A DNA stretch of 64,000 nucleotides from a bacterium (lineage in GTDB: Bacteria; UBA8248): positions 99,633-163,632 of the forward strand of contig OZ244906.1 of assembly GCA_965221655.1 (NCBI GenBank). The letters are read 5' to 3'. Shown in pieces: positions 62,205-64,000 of the stretch. The position numbers were made by a program, and so were the translations under genes. Each line of letters starts with the position of its first letter. Position 1 is the stretch's first letter. The notes under the pieces are model-generated. The model saw only the letters and a program-made list of their open reading frames with translations. It made no database searches and was not told where the DNA came from.

Positions 62205-63799
62205 TTTTGCGCAGGCTTCTCCCCGTCGGGGTGGGACATCTCGATTCCGAAGCGCTCGAGCGTGGAGTGCGTCGCCCTGTCCAGGGAGGCGAGGGATTTG
62301 TTGTAGTCGATGAGGGCGCGGGTCTCTTTCGTCAGGGCGTCGGCGAGTTTCTCCTGGTCTTCGAGAATCTCCCTGCTCGTCGAAAGCCCGACCTTGAACT
62401 TCTTCTCCTGGGCGTCGAGGCGCTCCTCGGCCAGCTTTCTCGCGACGCGCGTGGCCGCGATTCTCTTCACGTCGAGCTCGATGCGCCGCACGCTGCGGTG
62501 TACCGCCTCCATGATGGACTGGCGCTTCTGGTGGTAGGAAGCCACGATTTGCGCGTGGCGCATTTGCGCCTGGCGATACTCCGCCTTCGCTTTTCTGTTG
62601 CCGAGCGGGAAGTGGAACGAGATGCCGCCCGAGACGGTGTAGCCGTCGTTCTCGAATTGCTTCTCCAGTACCCTTCCCGAGTCCGTCGAAAAAGAGTTGT
62701 TCGAGGCCGAAGCGTTCAAGTCCACCTCGGGCAAAAGGTTGCGCTTCGCCACCTCGACCTCGATTTTCTTCTTGTCGATTTCGATGCGGGCGTTCTCGAT
62801 GTCGGCGTGCCTGCGCAGGGTGGCGAGGATGAGCCGTATCTCGTTGAGCTCCACTTTCTGGAACGCGGGCTTGTCGGTCGGCTGTATTTTGAGTGCCCAG
62901 GAGCCGGGCGTATCCGTTACGTTCATGAGCCGCTTGAGGTCGTCCTCGCGGTCTCGAATCTCCCGCTCGGCGATGAACAGAGCCTCCTCGCGGGAGGCAA
63001 CGGTGCTTTCGGCTTCGGTGATCTCTATCGGTGCGAGGGTGCCGACCTCGACCTGAATCCTGTTCCTGCGCAGCAGGTCCTTGGCGAGGTCGAGGGACTT
63101 GCGCCGGAACGCGAGATTCTCGAGGGCGAAGACGAGCTCCCAATAGGTCTGCTCCACGGCGTCGACGGTCTCGATGACCCTGCTTCGGTAGGCGTAAATC
63201 GTCTGGTCTTTCGTCGCCATGGCCACCTTGATTCTCGCCTGGTTGAAATCGACGCCGTAGTTCTTGAGCAGGGGTTGTCTGATGGTGAAGGTGAGGCCTG
63301 CCTCAAAGTTCGGGTCCAGCGAGCCGGGCAGGGAACTCAGCGATTCGCGGGCCGTCTCGAACATCAGTGAATACTCCGCCCCCGAGACGAGCCTTTGGCG
63401 AACGCCGCCCGATATGGACACGGCGTCCGCCTTGCGCTGCCGCACGCTCGCCGTGTTGGTGTTGATTCCCTCGAGGCTGGAGCGGTTCGCCGAAGCACCC
63501 GCCACGGCGGAAAGATCAAAAGCGGCGCGCTCCCTGATGACGTCGTCTTCCGCCAGTGCGGGCGTGAACGCGGCGATGGCAATGTCGAAGTTGCGCGCGA
63601 GGGCCAGGCTCACCGCTTCGCGGATGGACACTACGAGGCGGGGTCCCGCGACCGGCGGCGGGGCCACGTTGCTGCGCGGGCGCGCGGGCGAGATGGGGGA
63701 ATCCGCGGCGGGGGCCGCTCCCAAGGGGAGGGGAGTGGACAGGCAAGCGACAATCGAAGCCGCAGCGAGGACGAGTGAAAACGACCTGGGCGGATGCAT
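62201..63799 (-). CDS. TolC-family outer-membrane efflux protein
   Basis: ORF 62201..63868; ATG 63799 is preceded by GGAGTGGAGGAG. Signal peptide MHPPRSFSLVLAAASIVACLSTPLPLGA. Two OEP-type repeats (SIREAVSLALARNFDIAIAA...; IENARIEIDKKKIEVEVAKRNLLPEVDL...). The stop overlaps the ruvX start (ATGA). Confidence 0.85.
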   Translation of the reverse strand: MHPPRSFSLVLAAASIVACLSTPLPLGAAPAADSPISPARPRSNVAPPPVAGPRLVVSIREAVSLALARNFDIAIAAFTPALAEDDVIRERAAFDLSAVAGASANRSSLEGINTNTASVRQRKADAVSISGGVRQRLVSGAEYSLMFETARESLSSLPGSLDPNFEAGLTFTIRQPLLKNYGVDFNQARIKVAMATKDQTIYAYRSRVIETVDAVEQTYWELVFALENLAFRRKSLDLAKDLLRRNRIQVEVGTLAPIEITEAESTVASREEALFIAEREIRDREDDLKRLMNVTDTPGSWALKIQPTDKPAFQKVELNEIRLILATLRRHADIENARIEIDKKKIEVEVAKRNLLPEVDLNASASNNSFSTDSGRVLEKQFENDGYTVSGGISFHFPLGNRKAKAEYRQAQMRHAQIVASYHQKRQSIMEAVHRSVRRIELDVKRIAATRVARKLAEERLDAQEKKFKVGLSTSREILEDQEKLADALTKETRALIDYNKSLASLDRATHSTLERFGIEMSHPDGEKPAQK

Positions 63800-64000
63800 G
63801 GGGAGACTCCTCCACTCCGGCAAGAACCTCTCTTGCCTTGCGGCGCGATACGGACGGCGCGGGCGCACGCCGACTTTCGGACATCAAGGGCCGTATTATG
63901 GCCCACGGGTACTCAAATGAAAATCCCCCCGCCCGCCAACGCGGGGGTGCGCCCGACGCGTTCTTTTCTTGCGCAAGTGTGCGGTGCTCTGCTAGAAAGA

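Overview
This is a visibly GC-rich bacterial chromosomal segment. Hand counts give about 43/60 G+C in typical coding lines. It is almost entirely coding. I call 64 protein-coding genes, one of them partial at the left edge. I recognised no rRNA, tRNA, CRISPR array, integrase or transposase. Most of the window is syntenic housekeeping: a PLP enzyme with thrC; an NfeD-stomatin pair; mazG-recD2 divergent from mutL; guaB-guaA; dnaE-lipB-exbB-exbD; rplM-rpsI-argC-argJ; rpsB-tsf-pyrH-frr-uppS-cdsA-dxr-pgpA-cinA-thpR-recA; def-fmt-rsmB-PASTA-rpe; ffh-rpsP-rimM-trmD-(SPOUT-like)-rplS; rnhB-yraN; and a long tightly coupled minus-strand block, tolC-like-ruvX-mltG followed by RR-valS-birA-coaX. Many long ORFs in the supplied track are antisense or out-of-frame shadow ORFs typical of high-GC DNA, and I rejected them. 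The best candidate for something undescribed is a ~1.1 kb low-GC islet at 14381-15497. It carries an orphan RNase-H-fold (DUF429/RuvC-like) predicted nuclease and an 87-aa membrane-anchored protein with a 22-residue internal repeat. The second gene has its own promoter-like element and the islet ends at a strong terminator. It is wedged beside the recD2/mazG/mutL repair cluster. Secondary curiosities:
- a bactofilin-TM-TPR fusion;
- a kinase-less PASTA protein at the position PrkC holds in Firmicutes;
- a receiver protein with a RomR-like tail, coupled to valS;
- a TolC-like gene translationally coupled to ruvX-mltG;
- a His-rich membrane protein;
- a structured guaBA leader;
- overlapping A/T palindromes at the recA promoter.
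All family assignments come from motif recognition by eye. No database search was run.
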